The position numbers and the translations under genes are program-made. From Candidatus Woesebacteria bacterium RIFCSPLOWO2_01_FULL_39_23 (lineage in GTDB: Bacteria; Patescibacteriota; Microgenomatia; UBA8517), in assembly GCA_001793095.1 (NCBI GenBank), contig MGHG01000015.1:1-54496 (forward strand): 54,496 nt of DNA. The letters are read 5' to 3'. The notes under the pieces were generated by a model, which was not told where the DNA came from, did not search any database, and was given only the letters and a program-made list of their open reading frames with translations. This document shows positions 1 to 9,049 of the stretch, in pieces. Position 1 is the first letter of the stretch. Each line of letters begins with the position of its first letter.

Positions 1-105
1 AACAACATCAGGCCCCATGAATCTCTTGATTACCAGACACCAATTGCGTATGCTACCCAAAGATTTAAAGTGTCACCGATGTGGTCGTCCAGCACATTTC
101 GTTGA
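1..105 (+). mobile_element. 3' end of IS481/IS3-like DDE transposase (partial), probable right end ...CAGCACA at 96
   Basis: Frame 1 reads NNIRPHESLDYQTPIAYATQRFKVSPMWSSSTFR*. (Y)NxxRPHxSLxYxTP is the integrase-core C-terminal motif. ACA at 94-96 fits IS481-type termini. Confidence 0.75.
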
Positions 106-130
106 CTTGGCAGTTTCATAAAGGTAGAAT
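102..130 (+). promoter_or_regulatory. sigma70-type promoter upstream of rny
   Basis: TTGACT(102-107)-N17-TAGAAT(125-130). Confidence 0.6.
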
Positions 131-297
131 ATAGCTTGGAGTTAAGGAAAATGCTGAAGATAACTCAAATTTTAGTTTCTTCAACCGGTTTACCGACTGT
201 ATAGTTTGGTAATATTTTATTGACTCCTCAATTTTAGTTAAATTCTAAATAATAAATAACTTTGGATGTAGATGATAGAGAGTAGTATTTTACTAAT

Positions 298-1545
298 ATG
301 ACTGATAAAGACGATTTGAAACTATTAATAGTTGATCTTAAAAAACAAAGAGAAGCGCTTGAGGCGAAAGAAAGTAAACTAAAAAGTTTGGAAGAGGAGC
401 TTAAAGAAATTTTGGCAAAGGCTTCAAAAGTGTCAGTAGAAGAAGCAAAAAAACTTCTTTTGGATCAGGTACAAATAGACTTAACCGCAGACATTGCTAA
501 AAAAATCCGTGCAGCAGAGGAAAAAATTAAACTCGAAGCAAACGAAAAGGCTAAAGCAATTCTTGTTGATGCAATGCGCCATGGTGCAACCTCGTATGTA
601 GCTGAATTTACTGTTTCATCAGTTCCTGTGGCTAATGAAGAGGTGAAGGGAAGAATTATTGGCCGGGAAGGAAGAAATATTCGCACCTTCGAGAGAGAAA
701 CCGGAGTTGAGATTGAAATTGATGAAACGAATGAAATTAGGCTATCTTCCTTCGACTCTGTAAGAAGGGAAATTGCCAGACGCGCTCTTGAGGAACTCTT
801 AAAAGATACGAGGATTCAACCTTCAAGAATAGAAGAGGTTGTAGCGAGGATTAAAACCCAAATGGATGACGTACTTTTAGAAGAGGGGAAAAAAATAGCT
901 GAGATGTGCGGCGTCTATAATCTTCCTTTAGACATTCTCAAATTAATTGGCAGATATAAATTCAGGACATCATATGGTCAAAATTTAGGGGTGCATACAA
1001 TTGAAGAAACTAAAATCGGAGTTGCCTTAGCCAATGAAATTGACGCTAATGTTGAGACAGTAAGACTTGGATGTCTTCTCCACGATATCGGTAAGGTTGT
1101 AACAGACGAGGAGGGAACGCATGTCGATGCCGGAGTTGCAGTTCTCAAAAGACATGGTTTTCCCAAAGAAGTTGTTTCTTGTGTCGCCGAACACCACGAA
1201 GATAGACAGTTTACTTCTATAGAGTCTGTTATTGTCTGGACTGCCGACGCTATTTCAGGTTCAAGGCCAGGAGCAAGATACGAACCCCATGAAGGATATG
1301 TACAACGGATGGGCAAGATCGAGGAGATAGCTAAGAATTTTTCTGGTGTTGAAACAGTATTCGCTTTTCAGGCAGGCCGCGATGTCAGAGTAGTTGTTAA
1401 ACCGGATGAAGTCGACGATGATAAATTGACAATTCTTGCACATGATATCGCTAAAAGGTTAGAAAAAGAAGCGGAGTATGTCGGCCAAATTAAAGTTACT
1501 GTGATTCGGGAAGTCAGAGCAACAGATACAACTGTGGCGCGGTAA
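298..1545 (+). CDS. rny: Ribonuclease Y
   Basis: N-terminal coiled coil, KH motif KGRIIGREGRNIR, FRTSYGQN, HD motif LLHDIGK, ADAISGSRPGAR. No N-terminal TM helix. Confidence 0.95.
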   Translation: MTDKDDLKLLIVDLKKQREALEAKESKLKSLEEELKEILAKASKVSVEEAKKLLLDQVQIDLTADIAKKIRAAEEKIKLEANEKAKAILVDAMRHGATSYVAEFTVSSVPVANEEVKGRIIGREGRNIRTFERETGVEIEIDETNEIRLSSFDSVRREIARRALEELLKDTRIQPSRIEEVVARIKTQMDDVLLEEGKKIAEMCGVYNLPLDILKLIGRYKFRTSYGQNLGVHTIEETKIGVALANEIDANVETVRLGCLLHDIGKVVTDEEGTHVDAGVAVLKRHGFPKEVVSCVAEHHEDRQFTSIESVIVWTADAISGSRPGARYEPHEGYVQRMGKIEEIAKNFSGVETVFAFQAGRDVRVVVKPDEVDDDKLTILAHDIAKRLEKEAEYVGQIKVTVIREVRATDTTVAR

Positions 1546-1619
1546 GAAGATATTAAGTTGGCAATAATTCAATAAATCAGTAAAACAACAAAGTATTAAA
1601 CACGGGAATAATTTAACTC

Positions 1620-1649
1620 TTGACATAGAAGTACGATCTTATTCATAAT
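1620..1649 (+). promoter_or_regulatory. sigma70-type promoter
   Basis: TTGACA(1620-1625)-N18-CATAAT(1644-1649). Confidence 0.5.
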
Positions 1650-1721
1650 CTAATCCCAGGGGGCGAAAAACCTTGGGAATTTTTTTTAGGATAAATATTA
1701 CTCATTTTTTAATAGCAATAT

Positions 1722-1747
1722 AAGAGCCGGGAGGCTCTTTTTTTTTT
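1722..1747 (+). terminator. Intrinsic terminator-like hairpin immediately upstream of the AsnRS-like gene
   Basis: AAGAGCC-GGGA-GGCTCTT followed by a T run ending 4 nt before the ATG at 1752. Confidence 0.65.
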
Positions 1748-1751
1748 GGAT

Positions 1752-3239
1752 ATGCTGGACGCAAAAAAACATATTTCGAGCCTCGTTAAAGTGAATTCCG
1801 CGCTGAATTGGGGAGTGCAAAATCATTACAGGAAGTTGGGGCTGACATATGTAGATGTCCCCGAAATTGTTGGCATAACAGGCGCTTGCGAGAACGTCGA
1901 CACTCTTTTTAAAGTGGGGAATCGTCTAAGTGTCCCTCTTTTTATGACGCAAACCGGACAACTATCACTCGAACAATCTCTCCAATATTACTCCGGTGTT
2001 TATACACTTATTCATAGTGGTCGTGATGAAGAATTTGAAGACGAAAGACATTTGAGGCAGTTTAGGTTGATAGAAGAAGAATTTGATTGCACGCTTGCTG
2101 GTATGACAAGGGCAAACTGTGACGATGAAAAAATGTTTACAGCATTACTTGATCATATTGAGCATGCGGTGCAAGCGGCGATTATGGCAGTTGTGGAAGA
2201 ATGTGGTGAGGAATTGAGAAATCAATACGACCGGGATGTTGATTGGTTAAAAGAAGTCGGTCAAAGACCATTCTTTAAAATACCATACGAAGAAGCAATC
2301 GTTATTCTTGGGTGGAACGGTTTTCCTAATATTAAGTTTGGTGATGACTTGAAAGCTAATCATGAAGAAACAGTTGTTAATTTAGTTAACCAAAAATTAA
2401 ACAAAGGAAAAGAAGGTAAACGATTATTACCTGTATTTATTACCAAATATCCTAAAGAAATTAAATTTTTTAACATGAAAGTGTCCCTCGCAGACCCGCG
2501 GGTTGTAATGAGTGCTGATTTGATTCTACCTTTATCCGGGGAAGCAGCCGGTTCGGCAGTTCGGGAACATGATGGCGATAAACTTAAAGACAGATTACTT
2601 AGCTCAACGATGTATGAATTGCATATTGGTAGAGGGGGAACATATGAGGATTTTAAATGGTATGTCGACGGAATTGTAAATGCAGGAAAGACTAATCCGC
2701 ATGCTGGATATGGAATTGGCAATGAACGTGTAATTCAATTCATTCTTGGAAAGAATGATATCCGTGAATGTTCTTTATTTAGTTTATTGACAAAAGAATC
2801 AGGAGATTGGGATGTGTCGAAAAGTGGGAAAATGTATCTTTTTTCTGCCGATAAAAAGATGGTACTGCTATCAATTGGGAAAGAAATTAATAAGAAAAAA
2901 CTGCTTCCAACTATTAAAAAATTAACGGACAGTAATTTTGTATTTTATGCAACCGAAAAAACACACCACTTTTTAAATAATAATAATATTAATTCCACTT
3001 TGGTTTATAAAATCAGTGAGAATGGGAAACCGAATATTAAGGATCTTTTGAGGGAGAACTTCTTTGACGTTATAGTAAATATTCCGACTCATAAATTTGC
3101 TCCTAACAGCGAGCTTACAGATGGAAGAAGAATTCGAAAGGAAGCGTTGCGGACAAAAGCTGCATTGATTACAGATATGCAAGTCGCGGAAGATTTTTTA
3201 CGGGAGTATGGGGTGACTTCCAAAATCCCAAACCCTTGA
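1752..3239 (+). CDS. Class II aaRS catalytic-core paralogue (AsnRS/asparagine synthetase-like, no anticodon domain) fused to a C-terminal MGS-like domain
   Basis: GACEN..TLF, QTGQLSLE, RHLRQFRLIEEE (motif 2), PHAGYGIGNER (motif 3). C-terminus VLLSIG..YATEKT..VIVNIP..DGRRIR resembles the CarB allosteric MGS domain. Confidence 0.75.
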   Translation: MLDAKKHISSLVKVNSALNWGVQNHYRKLGLTYVDVPEIVGITGACENVDTLFKVGNRLSVPLFMTQTGQLSLEQSLQYYSGVYTLIHSGRDEEFEDERHLRQFRLIEEEFDCTLAGMTRANCDDEKMFTALLDHIEHAVQAAIMAVVEECGEELRNQYDRDVDWLKEVGQRPFFKIPYEEAIVILGWNGFPNIKFGDDLKANHEETVVNLVNQKLNKGKEGKRLLPVFITKYPKEIKFFNMKVSLADPRVVMSADLILPLSGEAAGSAVREHDGDKLKDRLLSSTMYELHIGRGGTYEDFKWYVDGIVNAGKTNPHAGYGIGNERVIQFILGKNDIRECSLFSLLTKESGDWDVSKSGKMYLFSADKKMVLLSIGKEINKKKLLPTIKKLTDSNFVFYATEKTHHFLNNNNINSTLVYKISENGKPNIKDLLRENFFDVIVNIPTHKFAPNSELTDGRRIRKEALRTKAALITDMQVAEDFLREYGVTSKIPNP

Positions 3240-3274
3240 CAATTTTTAGTCTTTAGTCTATCCTTCTTTGATAC

Positions 3275-3553
3275 ATGACTAAACGAGAACTTGTAGATAT
3301 CGTTGCACGAAAAGCACACTTGACAAAAAGAGCGGCTGAAGAAGCCATAAATGTATTTTTAAGTGAAATCGGACGTGCTCTTGGTAAAGGTGAATCAAGG
3401 ATAGTGCTTTCGGGCTTCGGAACTTTTAAAGTTAAATGGATGGAAGGTAAAACTGTTAAGATTCCGAAAAGAGATGAAACAGTAACAATAAAACGCCACA
3501 GGCTTCCCCGCTTTACTCCCGGGAATGATTTAAAAAGACAAATTAATCGATAA
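3275..3553 (+). CDS. hup: HU family DNA-binding protein
   Basis: MTKRELVDIVA..LSGFGTF..PRFTPG; TTGACA at 3236-3241 upstream. Confidence 0.9.
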   Translation: MTKRELVDIVARKAHLTKRAAEEAINVFLSEIGRALGKGESRIVLSGFGTFKVKWMEGKTVKIPKRDETVTIKRHRLPRFTPGNDLKRQINR

Positions 3554-3648
3554 CTTACAACTTAGAACTCAAAACTGATAACTCATAACCTCGTAAATCC
3601 TCTTTTTATGTTTGGATTTGTAACTTCTTCGGGTTATACTTTGTTCAA

Positions 3649-4650
3649 ATGACGAAGACGGAAAATACGGTAATTATTAAAGGTTTAACTAAAAATTTTG
3701 ACGTTAGGTTTAAAGAGGCAGGATTGGCGGGATCCATAAAATCTTTAATTAAACCAAAGAATATAGTAAAGAGAGCCTTAAAAGGCATATCTTTTACGGT
3801 CAGTAGGGGTGAGCTGATTGGTTTTATTGGTCCGAATGGTGCCGGTAAAACAACAACACTTAAAATTCTTTCCGGTCTTCTTTATCCAACGAATGGTTTT
3901 GTTCAAGTACTTGGTTTTAATCCTTGGGAAAAAAAGCCGGAGTTCTTAAAAAATATTTCACTTGTCATGGGGCAAAAAAATCAATTGTGGTGGGATTTAC
4001 CTGCAATAGAGTCTTTAAAACTTAATCGCGCAATTTACGAAATCTCTCAAAAAGATTTTACTGAGAGACTAAATAAGCTAACGGATTTATTGGACGTAGG
4101 AAATCTTCTTTCAACTCAAGTTAGAAAACTATCGCTTGGCCAGAGGATGAGATTGGAGTTTGTAACAGCGCTGATTCATGAACCCGAAATATTATTTTTG
4201 GATGAACCTACAATTGGTCTTGATGTTATAGCACAGCAGAAAGTACGCGATTTCATTTACGAATATAATCTGAAAAACAGAGCAACGATACTTTTAACTT
4301 CTCATAACATGAATGATTTGTTGGATTTAACAAAGAGAGTAATTGTTATTGATAGCGGAGAAATTTTGTATGACGGTTATTTGTCGGAGCTGGTGAGGAG
4401 TTTTGCCAAAGAAAAGATAATCAAGGTTTATTTAGCTAAGGAGTCGGATATAAAAAAGTTTGAAACAATCGGCAAAATAATTAAGCTAGATTTACCTTAT
4501 GTGAGTTTGTCTGTCCCGCGTGAGAGTGCGGCAGTTGCTGCCTCAGAGATACTCCAAAGCTTTGCAGTTGCCGATTTAACAATCGAAGAAGAGCCAATCG
4601 AAGGAGTTATAAGGCGTGTATTTAAAGGAGAAATGGTCAAGCAAAGTTAA
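3649..4650 (+). CDS. ABC transporter ATP-binding protein
   Basis: Walker A GPNGAGKTT, signature LSLGQ, Walker B LFLDEPT, H-loop TSH. Confidence 0.95.
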   Translation: MTKTENTVIIKGLTKNFDVRFKEAGLAGSIKSLIKPKNIVKRALKGISFTVSRGELIGFIGPNGAGKTTTLKILSGLLYPTNGFVQVLGFNPWEKKPEFLKNISLVMGQKNQLWWDLPAIESLKLNRAIYEISQKDFTERLNKLTDLLDVGNLLSTQVRKLSLGQRMRLEFVTALIHEPEILFLDEPTIGLDVIAQQKVRDFIYEYNLKNRATILLTSHNMNDLLDLTKRVIVIDSGEILYDGYLSELVRSFAKEKIIKVYLAKESDIKKFETIGKIIKLDLPYVSLSVPRESAAVAASEILQSFAVADLTIEEEPIEGVIRRVFKGEMVKQS

Positions 4651-4654
4651 TGAG

Positions 4655-5458
4655 ATGTCTAAATATAGCCAAGTATTTAAAATATCCCTTCAGGATGAAT
4701 TCGTATACCGACTCAATTTCGTGCTATGGAGACTGAGAAACGTTTTTTCAATCTTTTTAGTTTTTTTTCTCTGGGATAGTATTTTTTCTGTTCAAGACAG
4801 AGTGATTTTTGGTTACGATCGTGTGAAGATATTGACGTATATCTTCGCTCTTATGTTTGTTAAAGCAATCGTTTTTGCTTCCAAAACGATGGACGTGACA
4901 GGTGAGATAGCACGGGGTGATTTAAGTAACAGCTTACTAAAGCCTCTTGATTATTTTAAATATTGGCTTACTCGTGATGTTGCGAGTAAAACTTTAAATT
5001 TAAGCTTTGCATTAGTTGAGACAACATTATTGTTTTTAATATTAAAACCTCCTTTCTTTCTGCAAAATAATTTAATATCAATCCTCTTATTTATTGTTTC
5101 ATTACTAATTGCTGTCGCTCTATATTTCTTAATATTATTTATTGTCAGCTCCTCCGCTTTTTGGGTTCCCGAAATGGGTTGGGCAATACATTTTATTATT
5201 ACGATAGTTATCTTGGAATTTTTGTCCGGTTCACTTTTTCCATTAGATGTTTTACCAAAGCCTATATTTTCAATTCTAAGCTTTACCCCCTTTTATTATT
5301 TGATTTTTTTCCCCATCGAAGTGTATTTAGGTAAAATTTCAGGTGGAGAAGCTGTCAGAGGTATTCTAATTTCCTTTGTTTGGGTAGTTATTTTATATCT
5401 ATTAATGAGGTCTATTTGGCAAAAAGGTCTTAAAGTATATCAGGCATATGGCAGGTAA
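4655..5458 (+). CDS. ABC-2 family permease
   Basis: About 6 TM helices, GDLS..LLKP and SGSLFPL motifs; ATG at 4655 chosen as start. Confidence 0.85.
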   Translation: MSKYSQVFKISLQDEFVYRLNFVLWRLRNVFSIFLVFFLWDSIFSVQDRVIFGYDRVKILTYIFALMFVKAIVFASKTMDVTGEIARGDLSNSLLKPLDYFKYWLTRDVASKTLNLSFALVETTLLFLILKPPFFLQNNLISILLFIVSLLIAVALYFLILFIVSSSAFWVPEMGWAIHFIITIVILEFLSGSLFPLDVLPKPIFSILSFTPFYYLIFFPIEVYLGKISGGEAVRGILISFVWVVILYLLMRSIWQKGLKVYQAYGR

Positions 5459-5475
5459 TATTTTTTAGTAAAAAA

Positions 5476-6303
5476 ATGAAATTTCCAATTAAATTACTCA
5501 ATATAAAAACTATTGTTAAGAGAACTGGTTACTACTTAAAGATATGGGTTTTGATGAGCAGGAACGCACTTCTCGTAGTTTTATCTCAGAGATTTATGTT
5601 TATAATATTCTTATTGGCGAAAATTATCAGATATAGCTTTTTTATATCCTTTTTATATTTCGTCGTTAAGGGAACCAACACAATCGCGGGTTATGATTTA
5701 AACCAGGTAATATTGATTTATCTCACCTTTACTTTTATAGATATTGCATCGCAGTTTTTATACCGTGAGGTATATAGGTTTAGGCCGTTAATTATCTCAG
5801 GAGATTTCGACTTAGTTTTGGTGAAGCCGGTAAGTGCTTTATTCCGCGTACTTATGGGAGGGGCAGATATCATTGATTTTGTATTGATTCCACCGATCAT
5901 TTTTGCAATCTGGTTTATTGGAGCGAAGATGGACCCGTCTTTTATTCAGGTAATTCTATATGTTTTACTTTTAGCAAACGGACTTTTAATTGCGACCGGA
6001 TTTTATATTTTAGTTTTATCTTTTGGGATCCTTACTTTTGAGGTAGACCATACGGCAATGATTTTCCGCGACATGGCAAGTTTGGGAAGACTTCCGATAG
6101 AAGTATATAGACAACCACTTAGAAGTTTTTTAACTTTTCTGATACCGCTTGGAGTTATGATCACCTTACCCTCGAGAGTTCTGATGGGTATAATTTCACC
6201 CTTAAGTGTAGTCGGTTCATGTGCGCTTGGAATTGTCTTTTTGTATTTCTCAACTAAAATTTGGAGCTTTGCTTTAACCAAATATACAAGTGCGAGTAGC
6301 TAG
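5476..6303 (+). CDS. ABC-2 family permease
   Basis: About 6 TM helices, GDFDLVLVKP, ends YTSASS. Confidence 0.85.
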   Translation: MKFPIKLLNIKTIVKRTGYYLKIWVLMSRNALLVVLSQRFMFIIFLLAKIIRYSFFISFLYFVVKGTNTIAGYDLNQVILIYLTFTFIDIASQFLYREVYRFRPLIISGDFDLVLVKPVSALFRVLMGGADIIDFVLIPPIIFAIWFIGAKMDPSFIQVILYVLLLANGLLIATGFYILVLSFGILTFEVDHTAMIFRDMASLGRLPIEVYRQPLRSFLTFLIPLGVMITLPSRVLMGIISPLSVVGSCALGIVFLYFSTKIWSFALTKYTSASS

Positions 6304-6306
6304 ATG

Positions 6307-6371
6307 CCCCAGTAGTAGCTTGCCGCTCCCGAGGTCTACGTCCTCGCGTCACGGTGTCGCAACTACGGGGT
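6307..6371 (+). repeat. GC-rich intergenic REP-like stem-loop
   Basis: CCCCAGTAGTAGC ... GCAACTACGGGG outer imperfect stem with inner CGAGG..CCTCG hairpin. Confidence 0.5.
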
Positions 6372-6383
6372 AATAGCATATTT

Positions 6384-7385
6384 ATGAGAAAGTTATTAGT
6401 TATTTGTGGACCAACTGCGACCGGTAAAACAGAACTTGGGATGTATTTGGCAAAGATGTTGGCCGCCGGCCCAAAGGGCTCCGGCCCGGGGGGTGAAATT
6501 GTGTCCGCTGATTCCCGACAGATATATAAGGGAATGGATATAGGAACGGGTAAGGACCTACCAAAAAAATCCAAAATTCAAAAACTCCAAGACTCCAAAC
6601 TTGAATATGGTTTTTTTAATATTACTGGTGTTAGGATGTGGGGGTATGATATTGTTGAACCGAATGAAGATTTCAGCGTTGCGCGTTATATTAACACGGC
6701 GAATTTGATAATCAAAGATATTTGGCGGCGGAACAAATTACCAATATTGGTGGGCGGAACAGGTTTTTATATTAAGGGAGTTGTTGACGGAATCCCAACG
6801 GCTTCGGTACCGAAAAGTTTACGTATAAGAGAAAAGTTTAAAGATAAATTGGTCAAAGAACTTCAGGATGTGCTTAGAAAATTCGACGCAAAGAGATTTG
6901 CTTCTATGAATGAGTCGGATAAAAATAATCCAAGGAGGCTGGTTAGAGCAATAGAAATATACAAGTCTAAGTACAAGTTTGAGTATAAGAAACACAGCGA
7001 ACCGAATTTTAATACGCTATTCATAGGTTTGACGACTACAAAACAGATATTAGATAGGAGGATTGAAAAGCGAGTAAGGAACAGATTGCAAGTAGGTTTT
7101 GAAGATGAAATTAGGAATTTATTAAAAGCCGGAATTACATGGGATAACCAAGCAATGCAAGCACTGGGTTATAGACAATGGCAAGAGTTTTTCACTACAT
7201 CCGCTAAATCCGTTAGAAATCAGCGTGAATTTGCAATTGAATCATGGATTCGATCGGAAAAGCAATATGCCAAGCGACAATTAATTTGGTTTAAGAAAGA
7301 CAACAGAATAAAGTGGTTTGATATTAAGGAAAAAGACTATGTTGTTAGGGTGGAAAAGTTAGTTAGGGAATGGCATAATAATTAG
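6384..7385 (+). CDS. miaA: tRNA dimethylallyltransferase
   Basis: GPTATGKT, SADSRQIYKGMDIGTGK, VGGTGFY, RRLVRAIE, YAKRQLIWF. Confidence 0.95.
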   Translation: MRKLLVICGPTATGKTELGMYLAKMLAAGPKGSGPGGEIVSADSRQIYKGMDIGTGKDLPKKSKIQKLQDSKLEYGFFNITGVRMWGYDIVEPNEDFSVARYINTANLIIKDIWRRNKLPILVGGTGFYIKGVVDGIPTASVPKSLRIREKFKDKLVKELQDVLRKFDAKRFASMNESDKNNPRRLVRAIEIYKSKYKFEYKKHSEPNFNTLFIGLTTTKQILDRRIEKRVRNRLQVGFEDEIRNLLKAGITWDNQAMQALGYRQWQEFFTTSAKSVRNQREFAIESWIRSEKQYAKRQLIWFKKDNRIKWFDIKEKDYVVRVEKLVREWHNN

Positions 7386-7431
7386 AGTGTAAGAGCTGGA
7401 GAGTGTAGGGGTGTAAGATTAGAAATGTACA

Positions 7432-8418
7432 ATGGAAAACAAAGTCCAAAAGGTTGAAATTTCTCATAAAACAATAATTTTTACGTTTTTCTTCCTTCTT
7501 TTTATGTTATTTCTATATAGCATACTGGACGTGATACTCCAATTTTTTGTATCTCTTATTATAATGGCGTCGTTTAACCCAATTGTTACAAGGTTGGGGC
7601 GCTATAGAATACCAAGAGCTGTGGCTGTTATCTTTGTCTACTTAATATTCTTTTTGATTTTGGGAATCGCTGTTTATGCCTTAATCCCGGCTCTGATTGA
7701 GCAAACAACCAGTTTTGTAGCTAACCTCCCGATTTATCTGGATAACCTTGGGATTCCGACGGTCGTTAGAGAAAAAGTCCTTTCTGAATTTTTAGTGCAG
7801 ATTGGCGGTCTTCCCAGCCAAATTGCAAAAACAACTATTTCTATTTTCTCGAACGTTTTGGGGGTTATAACTGTCTTAATTTTTGCATTTTATCTCCTTA
7901 TTTACAGAAATAAGTTTGATGATATTTTAACCAACTTTTTAAGTGACGAAAAAAGAAGAGAGGTTAGACGGGTGATCGATAGACTCGAGACGCAGCTTGG
8001 CGGTTGGGCGAGGGGTGAGCTACTTTTAATGTTTTTAATAGGAGTTCTCACTTATACCGGCTTGTTGCTTTTAGGAATTCCATTTGCACTCCCTCTGGCA
8101 ATTTTAGCGGGCATGTTTGAGATAATTCCTATAATCGGGCCTGCAATATCAGCTTTGCCGGCGATTATAATCGGATTTGGGATTTCGCCTGTCACGGGTA
8201 TTGCAATGGCATCTTTAGCATTTTTAATTCAACAAGTCGAAAATTATGTATTTGTTCCCAAAATCATGCAAAGATCAGTTGGAGTAAATCCGATTGTCAC
8301 GCTTTTAGCTTTAACCATAGGCTTTAAATTGTCAGGAATTGTCGGTGTCTTAATTTCCGTTCCGGTTGTAATAACCGCGCAGGTCCTCGTTAAAGAATTT
8401 TTAACTTCGAAAGCTTAA
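7432..8418 (+). CDS. AI-2E (PerM) family transporter
   Basis: Multi-TM; IPIIGP, IQQVENYVFVPKIM, GVNP, G..GVLISVP motifs. Confidence 0.9.
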   Translation: MENKVQKVEISHKTIIFTFFFLLFMLFLYSILDVILQFFVSLIIMASFNPIVTRLGRYRIPRAVAVIFVYLIFFLILGIAVYALIPALIEQTTSFVANLPIYLDNLGIPTVVREKVLSEFLVQIGGLPSQIAKTTISIFSNVLGVITVLIFAFYLLIYRNKFDDILTNFLSDEKRREVRRVIDRLETQLGGWARGELLLMFLIGVLTYTGLLLLGIPFALPLAILAGMFEIIPIIGPAISALPAIIIGFGISPVTGIAMASLAFLIQQVENYVFVPKIMQRSVGVNPIVTLLALTIGFKLSGIVGVLISVPVVITAQVLVKEFLTSKA

Positions 8419-8447
8419 AAAGGAAAACCCCTCCTTTCGGAGAGGTT
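8417..8447 (-). terminator. Intrinsic terminator downstream of rnpB
   Basis: Minus strand AACCTCTCC-GAAA-GGAGGGGTT followed by TTCCTTTTT. Confidence 0.7.
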
Positions 8448-8454
8448 AATCCAT

Positions 8455-8915
8455 ATACCCTGGAGGGTAGTAAGCCAGGTTCTGTTTCCCCCGTGAGATA
8501 TGAAATTATCTCACTGGGTAGATAATCATCTGTCTTTGCCCTCAAACTTCTGTCCACCCCGAGCTAGACTCGGTTTCGGGAAGGCGACCTAATGTCGGAC
8601 AATTCGGAGGTTGCAACTGGGAGGATTGTCTCTTTTCACTCGTTCTCCAATACATTTTAAGTATTGGGGTCGACATCGTTTCTGTGACTCTCCCGTTCTG
8701 TTAATTCAGAACCGGTGTCTTCCACCGATTGGCGGATGACCACTAGCTGTTTGCCTTCGGCTTCGCTCAGGTTTTCGACACTGAGTTCAACCGATGGCTT
8801 CCAGTCAGAGCTTACGCTCCGTCCCATACCTTCTGTTGCCTGGACTTTCCTGACCGTGAGATGGCGAGCTTTGCAAGCTCTATCTCATGGCCCGATTATC
8901 CCTCCTCCAGAGTAT
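8455..8915 (-). ncRNA. rnpB: RNase P RNA (about 460 nt, with extra hairpins)
   Basis: Minus strand has AGGAAAGTCCAGGC, AGTCACAGAAA, GTGAAAAGAGACAATCC..GCAA, AGACAGATGATTATC and ACAGAACCTGGCTTA. P1 pairs ATACTCTGGAGG with CCTCCAGGGTAT. Confidence 0.93.
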
Positions 8916-9049
8916 GTATATTATACTCCATGAATGCTAATAATTCATTTTTTTGGTTCCTCGTCTCTGGACAATCACCAGCCGTTGATGCAATAATGGG
9001 AGAGTAAATCACCCACCCCATAAGGGGTAAGGGTAGTTTTTGCTTGCCC

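Noticed and set aside
151-204. 17-aa ORF MLKITQILVSSTGLPTV upstream of rny
   Set aside because: Too short, with no supporting motif or structure.
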